Source of the DNA: an uncultured Pseudomonadales bacterium
GTDB taxonomy: Bacteria; Pseudomonadota; Gammaproteobacteria; Pseudomonadales; Azotimanducaceae
Reading direction: 5' to 3'
Assembly (NCBI GenBank): GCA_964651595.1
Contig: CAZYYJ010000015.1
Span: 12,304 to 76,303, forward strand
Length of the DNA stretch: 64,000 nucleotides
The position numbers were made by a program, and so were the translations under genes. Positions 8,578-18,231 of the stretch are shown here, piece by piece. The notes under the pieces were generated by a model that was not told the origin of the DNA, searched no databases, and saw nothing but the letters and a program-made list of their open reading frames with translations. How positions within the stretch are numbered: the first letter of the stretch is position 1; every line of letters begins with the position of its first letter.

Positions 8578-11500
8578 ATGCGCAAAGCCACACAATGGGT
8601 CAAACCCTTCTCGTACACGCTGATTGCGCTGGTGCTGCCGGCGTTTGCCTATTTCATCGTGTTCATCGAGGTGCGCGAGGAAGCGCTCATTGAGCGCATC
8701 CACACGCAACTCGCCATGATTGCCACCCGCACCGAGAGTCGCCTCAATCAGGCGTTCCGCGTGGTGAAGAACGCTGACGCCCGGTACGACAAACGCAACA
8801 CCGTATATGCCCAGGGGGAGTTTGGCCTGGTCAACGCGGACTGTGCGGTCGATCGGCAAAACGAGACAGACCTGAAGGCGCGGCTCGACGGCATCGACGC
8901 CACGCTGGGTGAGGTGTGCATCAACGTTGATCTCGGCCTCGCCTACGAGGTCAGCGAATTTGGCGCAACGTTCTTCCACAATGCCGAAGGCACCGAGACA
9001 GATTCGCGGGAAGTGGTGACATCGGAGCAGCTCGACGGCCCCGAATACGAATTCCTGCAAACGTCCTACAAGCCGTCCGGACGCGCCGTACGCAGAGCGA
9101 GTGCGCCGGCAGCACAACTCGTGGGCTCGGTAGATGTTGCCGGGCGCTTTCACGACCTGCTGTTGATTTACGACGAGAAGACCGTCTACCAGAAGTTTCC
9201 CGAAAAGGGTCGGGTGGTGGACGTGGACGCCATTGATCCGGGTGCGGATGACGCGGAGGACGGCGATTCGGATGCTTCGCTGCAGCCCGTTGCGGATGCG
9301 CTGGACGGCATGCGCGTGAGTTACCAGGGCCGGACGTTTCTCGTGTTCGAGCAACCGATTGCGTTCAGCTTCACCGACAAGCAGTGGCGCATGCTGGGCC
9401 TCGTGGACGAGGCGGTGCTGAACGCGGAGAAGATGCGCTTCGAACGGGGCACGATGAGCCTGATTGTGCTCGCCGCAATCACCCTGCTTCTGTTGATTCC
9501 CTTTGCCAAAGTCTGGTTTCTGGGGCGCTACGGTTCCCTGACGCAGTCGGACATGCTGGCGCTGGTGGTGTGCGGCTTCAGCCTGGTTGCCCTTCTGACG
9601 CTCGTGCTGCTGCACTGGTGGACCGCTGAGCGGCTGCTGCACGCGTGGGATGCGCGCCTGGAGGCCGTGGCCACGGAAATGGCGGAGGATGTGGAAACCG
9701 AGATCCGCGGTGCCGTCACCCAGTTGGACGCAGCCATCCTGCCGATGCGCCAGGCGTTCGAGGCGACACTGGTCTACGGGGACAAGGCAAACTGGAGCAG
9801 CCGTTCCGGTTGTGACCGGCTCGCTAACTTCGAGGACAAGGAGGGGCTGGGCACCTTGGCCAGTAACCTTGCGGCCGGCGGCGCTGACTACGATGCCCGC
9901 GGTCTGACCATTGCGTATCCGCATCTGCGCATGGTGTACCTCATGGACCAGAAGGGCTGTCAGATCGTCAAATGGACCACCTACGACCGGTGGACGGCAC
10001 CGGGGCGGTTTGCAGATCGCGATTACTACCAGCGCCCGCGCCGTGACGGCCGGGTTGCACCGGCGTTGTACAGCATGGCCGACGTCCCCGACTTTTTTAT
10101 CGGTACCATCCAGTCGCGCACCACGGGAGACAAATCTGTCGTTTACAGCCTGCCGGTGGCAGACGTCTGCCCGCCCGAAGAAGCGGAAGGGGTCGAGGCG
10201 GCGTCGTGTGTCGCGGTGCTTTCCGCCACGGGTCTGCGCACCCTGGAGGCAGCCATGCCGAGTGGCTTCGGCTTTGCGCTCATAGACGGGCGGGGTGACA
10301 TTCTCTTTCACAGTGACGGCGGTACGACCGCGGAAACCAATCTGCGTGACGAGCTGGGCAATGGCATTCTACTGACCACGGCCATGCGCCAGGCTACGCC
10401 CCGGCCGGGGGCGGATTTCATCACCACCTACCGCGGGGTGACGCAGCGCTTCGAGGTGGTGCCGCTCACGGGCCTCAAAGGACCGAACTGGCACCTGGTG
10501 GTGTTTGCCGATCAGAACGCCGTGATACTGCCGTTGCTGGAAACTGCGGGCATCACCATTGTGTTGTGGCTGTTCGGCTTCGGCATCGCGTTGACCCTCT
10601 TCATGGGTTGGCTGCGGCGACGCCCCGTCGAAGCCAGGCGTAAGGGAGACGCAGACACCGCAGACGCGGCATCGGTCTCGCTGGCCGTGGTGATCGTCGC
10701 CGGCATGCTCTACCTCATTGCCATGCTCGCTTTTTCCCTCGACGAGCTGCTCGCGCTGGTGCTGGGCGGCTTATCCACGCTGCTGCTGATGGCTTGCGCG
10801 GTTCGCCACCTGCACAGCCACCTGCAGGACAAGACGCACAACGCGCGGCCCTTTGTGCTAGCGGGCATAGGCCTGTTACTGGGCGCGTCGATTCTGCCGG
10901 TGCACCTGCTGCATCAATACGTGGCGCGCGAAGCCGTGGACTCACTCACGAAGCTGCAGATCGACGAGCACTGGGTGGGGCAGGGGCGTCAGGCTCAGCT
11001 CAAGCGGGAGTGGCAGCGTCGGGTAGCGCTGCCCGAGGAAGCCAGCTATCGCGACGAGGCGCTCACGTTCTGGCCGACCTATTCGCTGTTCGGCGACAAG
11101 CTGGTGGCTGGAAGTGCGGCAGCGGATGCTCCGCTGGCTGCCCCGGACCGGAACCTGTTGGCGTTCATACCGGATTATTCCGCGGTGGCAGCCACCCAGC
11201 ATGCGATGTATCGCGTGCCCGATACGCGCTTTGCCGATGTCTGTCTCGAGGGTGCTACGAGCGTTTGCGGTGTCGGGGATCTGCGCCGGCAGATTCTGCG
11301 GGAGCGGGTGGAGAACTTTGCGTTCTACTTCTGGTTCTGGGTGGTAACGCTGCTGCTGGTGGGCGCGGTGTTGCTGACCTTGTGGTCGCTGCTGGTGCGC
11401 ACCCTGGGGATACGTGCCGAAGATTTTCTGCGCATCAGCAACTTCAGCCCGCCCGGTGAGAACGCGGGCGCGCGGGACATCATCTATGGGCTTGGAGAGT

Positions 11501-12426
11501 TCACCAAGCCGAAGTTTCTATCTGCCATTGCGGAAAGCCGGCGCGAGTGGGTTGACCTGCGCCTCGTTCCAGGCACAACGCCGGTGCAGAACGTGGCCGC
11601 CGATCCCGACAGAGATGTGGTGGTGCTGGATCACTTCGATGATTTTCTGATTGATCCGGCGGTGCTGAATCATCGGGTGATGTTGCTGGAACATCTCGTG
11701 CGCGATAAGCAGCGCTCAGTGATTCTTCTGCTCAGCGTGGATCCGCTCAACTTCGTGACATCCACTTACAGCGCCGCTGACAACGCGGCTCTGATCTCAC
11801 GCTTCGCATCGCTGCTGTCGCGCTTCCGGGCCTCTTACTACCAGGAATCGCGGCCACCGGAGCCCGGGGACAGCATCGGGGAAATCACGCTGCACGCCGA
11901 GTGTTTTCATCCCAATCTCGCAAAGATCCGCGAGAGTCTGCTGGCGCACGATGAGCAGCTGGGTCCTGACGAGATCATTCAGCAGGTTGGTCATCGAGCC
12001 AATGCCATTTATCAACATATGTGGGGGCTGTGCACGCGCGTGGAGAAGCTCACGCTCATAGAGCTCGCGCACGGAAACGTGGTTAACCCCAACAACTGGG
12101 ATGCAGCGCGGCGGTTGAAGCAGCGCGGCTACCTGCGCCGCGATCCCTTTCACCGGATCTTCAACGAGAGCTTCACGCGTTTCATTCTGCGTATGGAGCG
12201 CATAGAAGACGTGGATTCCTGGCGGGCCGAGAACCCGGGCATGTGGGCCAGTATCCGGCTGCCGCTGGTGGTGGCAGCTCTCGGCGGCATCGTCTTTCTC
12301 GGCGTGACGCAGCCGGCCTTTTTCAACAGCGCTTTTGCCTTCGCCGCGGCGGGTACAGCCGGGTTGCCATTTCTCACCAGCCTGCTGGTCTCTAGATTCA
12401 ACCGGTCTTCAGCGGACAAAGCCTGA
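8578..12426 (+). CDS. large (1282 aa) hypothetical multi-pass membrane protein
   Basis: Long ORF with several clear TM helices and plausible codon usage. No Walker, His-kinase or other catalytic motif recognised. The 650-aa antisense ORF looks like antisense noise. Confidence 0.6.
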   Translation: MRKATQWVKPFSYTLIALVLPAFAYFIVFIEVREEALIERIHTQLAMIATRTESRLNQAFRVVKNADARYDKRNTVYAQGEFGLVNADCAVDRQNETDLKARLDGIDATLGEVCINVDLGLAYEVSEFGATFFHNAEGTETDSREVVTSEQLDGPEYEFLQTSYKPSGRAVRRASAPAAQLVGSVDVAGRFHDLLLIYDEKTVYQKFPEKGRVVDVDAIDPGADDAEDGDSDASLQPVADALDGMRVSYQGRTFLVFEQPIAFSFTDKQWRMLGLVDEAVLNAEKMRFERGTMSLIVLAAITLLLLIPFAKVWFLGRYGSLTQSDMLALVVCGFSLVALLTLVLLHWWTAERLLHAWDARLEAVATEMAEDVETEIRGAVTQLDAAILPMRQAFEATLVYGDKANWSSRSGCDRLANFEDKEGLGTLASNLAAGGADYDARGLTIAYPHLRMVYLMDQKGCQIVKWTTYDRWTAPGRFADRDYYQRPRRDGRVAPALYSMADVPDFFIGTIQSRTTGDKSVVYSLPVADVCPPEEAEGVEAASCVAVLSATGLRTLEAAMPSGFGFALIDGRGDILFHSDGGTTAETNLRDELGNGILLTTAMRQATPRPGADFITTYRGVTQRFEVVPLTGLKGPNWHLVVFADQNAVILPLLETAGITIVLWLFGFGIALTLFMGWLRRRPVEARRKGDADTADAASVSLAVVIVAGMLYLIAMLAFSLDELLALVLGGLSTLLLMACAVRHLHSHLQDKTHNARPFVLAGIGLLLGASILPVHLLHQYVAREAVDSLTKLQIDEHWVGQGRQAQLKREWQRRVALPEEASYRDEALTFWPTYSLFGDKLVAGSAAADAPLAAPDRNLLAFIPDYSAVAATQHAMYRVPDTRFADVCLEGATSVCGVGDLRRQILRERVENFAFYFWFWVVTLLLVGAVLLTLWSLLVRTLGIRAEDFLRISNFSPPGENAGARDIIYGLGEFTKPKFLSAIAESRREWVDLRLVPGTTPVQNVAADPDRDVVVLDHFDDFLIDPAVLNHRVMLLEHLVRDKQRSVILLLSVDPLNFVTSTYSAADNAALISRFASLLSRFRASYYQESRPPEPGDSIGEITLHAECFHPNLAKIRESLLAHDEQLGPDEIIQQVGHRANAIYQHMWGLCTRVEKLTLIELAHGNVVNPNNWDAARRLKQRGYLRRDPFHRIFNESFTRFILRMERIEDVDSWRAENPGMWASIRLPLVVAALGGIVFLGVTQPAFFNSAFAFAAAGTAGLPFLTSLLVSRFNRSSADKA

Positions 12427-12458
12427 CCGTCAGCGGTGTTGCCGGCGCGACTCGGCGC

Positions 12459-13421
12459 TCAGGCGTGCGCCCGCAGCGTGTGCAGGGTGACCTCGGGGGG
12501 GCAGTTGATGCGGGCATCCACGAGGGAGGCGCCAGCCCCCGGAGAGGTGTAGCCGGACATGGCGCCATGCGTCCACGGGCCGCGACCGAGGCGCCGCGGA
12601 ACGTGCGCCTCGAGCACAACGGGGAAACCGCCGGGAAGACAGATCTGTCCGCCGTGGGTGTGACCGCAGAGGAACAGGTCGGCGCCCGCGTGCGCGGCCT
12701 CGCGGTAGACCTCCGGCGTGTGTGACAGAAACAGACAGAAGCCATCCCGGGGGACACTTTCCAGCGACTTCTGGATGTTGTGGGTTCTGAAGAAATGCGC
12801 ATCGTCGATGCCGGCCACGTGGATGGTAGCGCCCTGGTGGCCGAAAGCGCGATGTTCGTTCATCAGCACGTCAATGCCGAGGGCTTCCAGGGGTGGCACC
12901 AGCGTGACGCTGTCGTGATTGCCCAGCACGGCGTAGACGGGCTCGGTGAGGTGGTTGCGCAGCGCGGCCATGCCGCGTAGAACCTTGTCCTGGTTGCCGT
13001 GTGATCTGAAACGATAGTCGCCTGTCATCACGCAAAGGTCGTAGGTGAGATCGCGGGTGCAACTGATCAGGGCCTCGGCGATGCACTCGCTCATGTCGAT
13101 GTGCAGATCCGAGAGGTGCAGCACGCGCAGGCCATCGCAGTCCATAGGGAGCTTGGGTAGCCGTATCTCGTTGGTGACGACGCGAACGGCGTGGGCGTTG
13201 CGTCGGGCCCGCGCATACATGCCCGACAGCTTGAGTGCGCCGCGAATGAAACCCTGCGCCGAGTACCAGTTCTCCGGATGAAAGAAGCGGGTGCCGCGCA
13301 CGTGCGCTTCGTGCTCAGCTTCCAGACCCAGGCGCTGGCGGGCGTGAACCGCCCCCAGGCGTTGCTCCAGCAGAGCGTGGATGTCTTCCTTGAGAGGTTC
13401 GTCTGCTTGTTGCTCGGCCAT
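12459..13421 (-). CDS. metallophosphoesterase (calcineurin-like phosphoesterase)
   Basis: Motifs LHLSDLH, GDY, GNHD, SHTPE, GHTHGGQ. Start placed at MAEQQADEP rather than the longer upstream extension. Confidence 0.8.
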   Translation of the reverse strand: MAEQQADEPLKEDIHALLEQRLGAVHARQRLGLEAEHEAHVRGTRFFHPENWYSAQGFIRGALKLSGMYARARRNAHAVRVVTNEIRLPKLPMDCDGLRVLHLSDLHIDMSECIAEALISCTRDLTYDLCVMTGDYRFRSHGNQDKVLRGMAALRNHLTEPVYAVLGNHDSVTLVPPLEALGIDVLMNEHRAFGHQGATIHVAGIDDAHFFRTHNIQKSLESVPRDGFCLFLSHTPEVYREAAHAGADLFLCGHTHGGQICLPGGFPVVLEAHVPRRLGRGPWTHGAMSGYTSPGAGASLVDARINCPPEVTLHTLRAHA

Positions 13422-13545
13422 CCCGATCAGTATATCGAATTGGCCTGCCGCCGGTTTGTGGTGTCGCGGCACCGCGTGGGCCGGCTGGCTACACCCATTG
13501 TCCTGACGCATACTGCGGTGGCGACAACAGGGGAGCAGAAAGGCC

Positions 13546-14628
13546 ATGTTCGACTATGCCGACGCGCCGGAAACGTTTGCCGGCGCCATCCGCGAAGACA
13601 TCAAGGCTGCGCACCGGCGCTTCTGGGAACGGCTTGCGCAGCCTGGTTGCTGGTGGAACGGTGCAGAGCGGGTTGCGATCGCCCGTGAATCGCGCAACGC
13701 CCTCGGCGAAGCGGACAGCGATACCGACGGGAGTCTTCCGCCGCGCGCCATCGACGCTGCCCACACGATCATTCTCAATCAGGCGAGCATCAGCCGCGCC
13801 TGGGTGGAAGACAACGCGGCCAACGGATTGTCGAAGGAAGCGTACGTCGAGCTGGTGGGCATTGTCGTTGCTGTGTTCAGCATCGACGAGTTTCACCGTG
13901 CGCTCGGCCTGCCGCTGGAGCCGCTGCCGGTACCCGTTCCGGGTAATCCCTCGGGCTATCGCCCCGCGCATCTCGCCGAGGACATTGGTTTCGTACCGAC
14001 CGTTCCCCCCGATGGTGCCGTGGGCAATGAGGCGGACCTGTGGCAGCAGGGGCGCACTGCCAACGTCGTCCGTGCGTTGACCCTGGTGCCGGATGCGCTG
14101 CGCGATTGGCGCGATCTGGGCGGCGCGCAGTATCTGTCGTTCGAGGCTATGGGAAATTTTGTCGGTTTACCGGATCGCACGCTCAACCGCATGCAGGCGG
14201 AGCTGATTGCCGGTCGGGTGTCGGCGGTGAACGAGTGTTTCTACTGAACCAATGCTCACGCCACGATGCTCCGTGTGAGCGCGCAGACGACCGAGACCGA
14301 GATAGACGTACAGGGCATTGCCGGCGATGCGGCACGTGCCGCGGTAGGCATAGAGTTCGGCACCGAGCTGATGCAGTTCGGGGAAGCCGTGGCGCATCGC
14401 GCGGCCGAGGAGATCACGGCCACACGGCAGGCATTGCTCGATCGGGCCGGGGCGTCGGCGCTGGTCGAAGCAGCGGGCGTTGCCGCCAATTTCCAGCGCA
14501 TGGTGCGCATTGCTGATTCGATCGGCATTCCCGTCGACGACATGACTTCCGAGCTGGGACAGAACATTCGCGCGGAACTCGAGCTCGAGCGCTTCGCCAG
14601 CTCTCAGAACACGCTGGCAGCCACCTAG
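13546..14628 (+). CDS. AhpD/carboxymuconolactone-decarboxylase (CMD)-family protein with in-frame TGA (14245..14247): candidate selenoprotein (alternatively a pseudogene)
   Basis: ORFs 13546..14247 and 14266..14628 are in the same frame, separated only by one TGA. Read-through gives AVNECFY-U-TNAH, matching the CMD/AhpD catalytic motif NGCxYCxxxH with TGA at the second Cys. A hairpin GCTCACGC..GCGTGTGAGC starts 7 nt after the TGA. Confidence 0.55.
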
Positions 14629-14644
14629 GGCCGGGTTGCGCCGT

Positions 14645-15697
14645 TTACCGGTTGGGCCCCCGGTTCATGGGATAAGGCTGCCAGCGCTCCAGCGTCACTT
14701 TCGGCAGCACGGTGGGGTTGACGCAGCTCATGGGCCAGCGGCCGCGCAGCACCAGGGCAACTTCGCGCCCGACGCGACGTCTCGTTTCCGGGCGCATGCG
14801 CGTGGTGGCTGAGGCAACGTGGGGTGTCACCACCACGTTCTCCATGGCAAACAGGGGATTGTCCAGCTCGGGTGGTTCCTGCTCCAGCACGTCGAGGCCA
14901 GCGCCGGCTATCTGACCGGTGCGGAGCGCCTCGATGAGTGCAGCCTCGTCGATGATGGGACCTCGCGCGGTATTGATGATCACCGCGGTTTCCTGCATGC
15001 GCTCGAAGGCGCTGGCATTGAAGGCATGCTCGGTTTCTTCGTTGTGCGGGGAGTGGATGGACAGGTAGTCGCTGCGCTCCAGCAGTTCGTTGAAGCTGAC
15101 CGGTTCGACACCTTCCTTCGTGATTTCCAGCTCGCTCACGTAGGGGTCGCACGCGATCACCCGCATGCCGAAGGCTTTCGCGCGCCGGGCCGTGCAGTGG
15201 GCCACGTTGCCGAAGGCGAACAGCCCCAGCGTCTGTCCGTACAGACGGGGGATTTTACTGAGCAGCGGCCGTGCCTGGTACCAATCGCCGTCTTTTGCCA
15301 TGCGCACCATCGTGGGCGTGCGCCGCGCTAGATCCAGCAGCAGCGCCATGGCGTGATCGGCCACTTCTTCGATGAACACGTCCGGCACGTTGGTGACCAC
15401 CAGGCCCGCGGCCGTGGCGGCTTCGATGTCGACCATGTCCACGCCCACGCTGCCCACGCCGATGCACACGGCTTTCTCCAGCGCATCGATGACCTGCTTG
15501 TCGATGCGTAAACCCCAGGAGGTGATGATGGCGTCGACATCGCGCACGCCTTCGGCAAATTCTTCGGGCGTGTCGGCGCGGATCTCCACGATATCTGCGA
15601 TGGGTGCCAGCGCTTCCAGCTCCAGCGACCAGCGCTGCTCCACCGTCTGGTTCTGGGCCTGCCTGGGGAGCTGTATGCCGACTTTCTTCTTCGTCAT
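14645..15697 (-). CDS. D-isomer-specific 2-hydroxyacid dehydrogenase family protein
   Basis: NAD-binding GxGxxG (FGNVAHCTARRAKAFG). Catalytic R/E/H arrangement (NTARG, ...TPHVAS). Confidence 0.85.
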   Translation of the reverse strand: MTKKKVGIQLPRQAQNQTVEQRWSLELEALAPIADIVEIRADTPEEFAEGVRDVDAIITSWGLRIDKQVIDALEKAVCIGVGSVGVDMVDIEAATAAGLVVTNVPDVFIEEVADHAMALLLDLARRTPTMVRMAKDGDWYQARPLLSKIPRLYGQTLGLFAFGNVAHCTARRAKAFGMRVIACDPYVSELEITKEGVEPVSFNELLERSDYLSIHSPHNEETEHAFNASAFERMQETAVIINTARGPIIDEAALIEALRTGQIAGAGLDVLEQEPPELDNPLFAMENVVVTPHVASATTRMRPETRRRVGREVALVLRGRWPMSCVNPTVLPKVTLERWQPYPMNRGPNR

Positions 15698-15730
15698 GGA
15701 ACGGGTTTCCTGCTCGGTTGAACGGATGCG

Positions 15731-16729
15731 TTAGTAGGGCAGGCCCTGGGCTTCCACGTATAGCGCGTAGATGGATTGGGATGCCGTTATGAAGAGCCTG
15801 TTGCGTTTGACGCCACCAAAACAGAGGTTGGCGGCGCCTTCGGGGAGGTGGATGTGGCCGAGCTTGTCACCTTCGGGCGTGAACACGGCCACGCCGTCGT
15901 AGCCCGGGCCACCCCAGCCTGTGGCTGCCCAGACGTTGCCGTCCACGTCGACGCGGAAGCCGTCGGGCATGGCGCGGCCCAGATCGCAGAACACGTCGCG
16001 ATCACCGAGGGAACCGTCAGCGAGCACGTCGAAGACGTGGATCTGACGCGGATGCCCGGGCTGGTGTGATGCGCCGGTGTCTGCCACGTAGAGCCTGGTC
16101 TCGTCGGGCGAGAACGCAAGACCGTTGGGCTTGGCAAGAGATTCGTCCACCACCTTCAGTTCGTTGGACGCGGGATCCAGGCGATAGGTGCGCGTGGGCA
16201 GCTCGAAAGGGGCTTTGTCACCTTCGTAGTGCCAGTGAATACCGTAGCCCGGGTCTGTGAACCAGATGGAGCCATCGCTCTTTACCGCCACGTCGTTGGG
16301 GGCGTTCAGTCGCTTGCCGTCGAAATTGTCGGCCAGCACGGTGACGCTGCCGTCATGCTCCGTGCGGGTGACGCGCCGCGTGCGATGCTCGCAGGTGACC
16401 AGGCACCCCTGCTTGTCGCGGGTATTGCCGTTGGCGTTGTTGGAAGGCTGACGGAACACCGATACCTCACCGGTAGCGGCCTGCCAGCGCAGCATGCGGT
16501 TGTTGGGGATATCGCTCCAGACCAGGGCATCGTGATCGCCGAACCAGACAGGGCCCTCGTTCCAGCGCCCGCCGGTCCACACGCGCTCCAGCGCCGCGCT
16601 GCCCAGCACATATGCGCGGAAACGCTGGTCGATGACCTCTATGGCAGGATCCGGGTAGCGCAGGGGCTCGTTCCAGTTCCGGTCGAGCTGGCGATGGGCG
16701 ACGGTGTCGTTGGATGAATCCTGTGGCAT
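15731..16729 (-). CDS. SMP-30/gluconolactonase/LRE family protein
   Basis: Six-bladed beta-propeller signature (EGPVW, PNDVAV, PNGLAF, WFTD). Confidence 0.85.
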   Translation of the reverse strand: MPQDSSNDTVAHRQLDRNWNEPLRYPDPAIEVIDQRFRAYVLGSAALERVWTGGRWNEGPVWFGDHDALVWSDIPNNRMLRWQAATGEVSVFRQPSNNANGNTRDKQGCLVTCEHRTRRVTRTEHDGSVTVLADNFDGKRLNAPNDVAVKSDGSIWFTDPGYGIHWHYEGDKAPFELPTRTYRLDPASNELKVVDESLAKPNGLAFSPDETRLYVADTGASHQPGHPRQIHVFDVLADGSLGDRDVFCDLGRAMPDGFRVDVDGNVWAATGWGGPGYDGVAVFTPEGDKLGHIHLPEGAANLCFGGVKRNRLFITASQSIYALYVEAQGLPY

Positions 16730-16883
16730 GGCAAATTGTGTTCCCCGGCGCGGTACTATACAAAGGACGGGTCACGCCTCACAGGTGTGCCGACTGGAAG
16801 GGGAGACATCTTTGGCAGAATCTGAAGCAGGCGCGGCTGCTGGCGACGTCGTGGACGATGAAACCCGGGCTCGGGAGCAGCGC

Positions 16884-18158
16884 ATGCGGGAAGCCGGGTT
16901 TCCGCCGGGCTACCGCTACTACGCTCTGGGCCTGCTGACCGTCGTTTACGTGTTCAACTTCATCGACCGGCAGATCGTGGTGATTCTGCAGGAGTCGATC
17001 AAGGCTGATCTCGGCCTCATGGACTGGCAGCTGGGCATGCTCAGCGGCTTTGCGTTTGCGGTGTTCTACGTGACCATGGGCGTGCCCATTGCGCGTATTG
17101 CCGACAAGGGCGTGCGGCGGAATGTCATCGCCTTCTCGCTGGCGCTGTGGAGCGCCATGACTGCGCTGTGCGGCACGGTATCGAGCTTCTGGCAGTTGCT
17201 GCTCGCGCGTATAGGTGTGGGCGTGGGTGAAGCCGGTTGCAGTCCGCCGGCGCACTCGATCATTTCCGATCTGTTTCCGGTGGAACAACGGGCCACGGCC
17301 CTGTCCGTGTACAACATGGGCATCAACATCGGAGTGTTCATCGGGTTTCTGGCCGGTGGCTGGATCAACGAGTTTCTGGGCTGGCGATGGGCGTTCATCA
17401 CCGTGGGCGTGCCCGGCATACTGTTTGCGGTGTGGGTACGTTTCACTCTGAAAGAGCCCCCCAGGGGCCTTTCGGAGAAGAAGCTGGTGGACAACGAGCC
17501 GCCACCGCTCATGAACGTGTTCAAGCTGCTCTGGGATCGCGTGTCGTTCCGCCACATGGCCATGGCAGCCGGTCTGCATGCCTTTGTGTCTTATGGCGTG
17601 GGCGGATGGATGGCGCCGTTTCTGCAGCGCGTGCACGAGCTCGGCAGCGGAGAAACGGCCAATTGGCTCGCCCCCATCGCCGCGCTGCCGGCCGCTGTAG
17701 GCGCATTTCTGGGTGGTTATCTGTGCGACCGTTACGGCCGGGAAGACGCGCGCATGTACATCTGGATCCCCGCTGGCGCGATCATTGCGGCGCTGCCGTT
17801 TCAACTCGCAGCCTACTTCATCGCCGATCACCGCGTTGCCATGCTGGTGTATGCGATCCCGGTACTGCTGAATGCCTGTTATCTCGGCCCCATGCTTGCC
17901 ATGACACACGGGCTGGTGTCGCTGCGCATGCGGGCAGTGGCATCCAGCGTGCTGTTTCTGGTGCTGAACTTCATTGGCCTGGGGCTGGGCCCGCTGGTGA
18001 CCGGCATTCTCAGTGATGTGTTCGGCGCGCAGATTGGTGCTGGCGAGGGGTTGCGCTGGGCCCTGGTGATAGTGACGCTCACCAACGTGTGGGCTGCCGT
18101 GCACTATTTCTGGGCGGCGCGGACCTTGCGCGAAGACCTTGCCCGAGCGCCCGCATGA
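16884..18158 (+). CDS. MFS transporter (paralog of 7164..8456)
   Basis: High identity to the first MFS gene through the N-terminal half. The ORF opens at 16704, but that would overlap the convergent gluconolactonase gene. The ATG at 16884 (MREAGFPPGYRYY) matches the paralog's N-terminus. Confidence 0.75.
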   Translation: MREAGFPPGYRYYALGLLTVVYVFNFIDRQIVVILQESIKADLGLMDWQLGMLSGFAFAVFYVTMGVPIARIADKGVRRNVIAFSLALWSAMTALCGTVSSFWQLLLARIGVGVGEAGCSPPAHSIISDLFPVEQRATALSVYNMGINIGVFIGFLAGGWINEFLGWRWAFITVGVPGILFAVWVRFTLKEPPRGLSEKKLVDNEPPPLMNVFKLLWDRVSFRHMAMAAGLHAFVSYGVGGWMAPFLQRVHELGSGETANWLAPIAALPAAVGAFLGGYLCDRYGREDARMYIWIPAGAIIAALPFQLAAYFIADHRVAMLVYAIPVLLNACYLGPMLAMTHGLVSLRMRAVASSVLFLVLNFIGLGLGPLVTGILSDVFGAQIGAGEGLRWALVIVTLTNVWAAVHYFWAARTLREDLARAPA

Positions 18159-18231
18159 CACACCCCTTGCAAGAAATTGGACCACGCTACAATATTTCGC
18201 TGACTTTCTTTCCGATACCTGGAGCTAGCTG

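Noticed and set aside
8359-10311. 650-aa ORF on the minus strand
   Set aside because: Arg/Gly/Pro-rich low-complexity translation, typical of antisense frames in high-GC DNA. Fully overlapped by the plausible 1282-aa plus-strand membrane protein.
16779-18185. 468-aa minus-strand ORF
   Set aside because: Antisense to the MFS paralog. His/Arg-rich nonsense translation.
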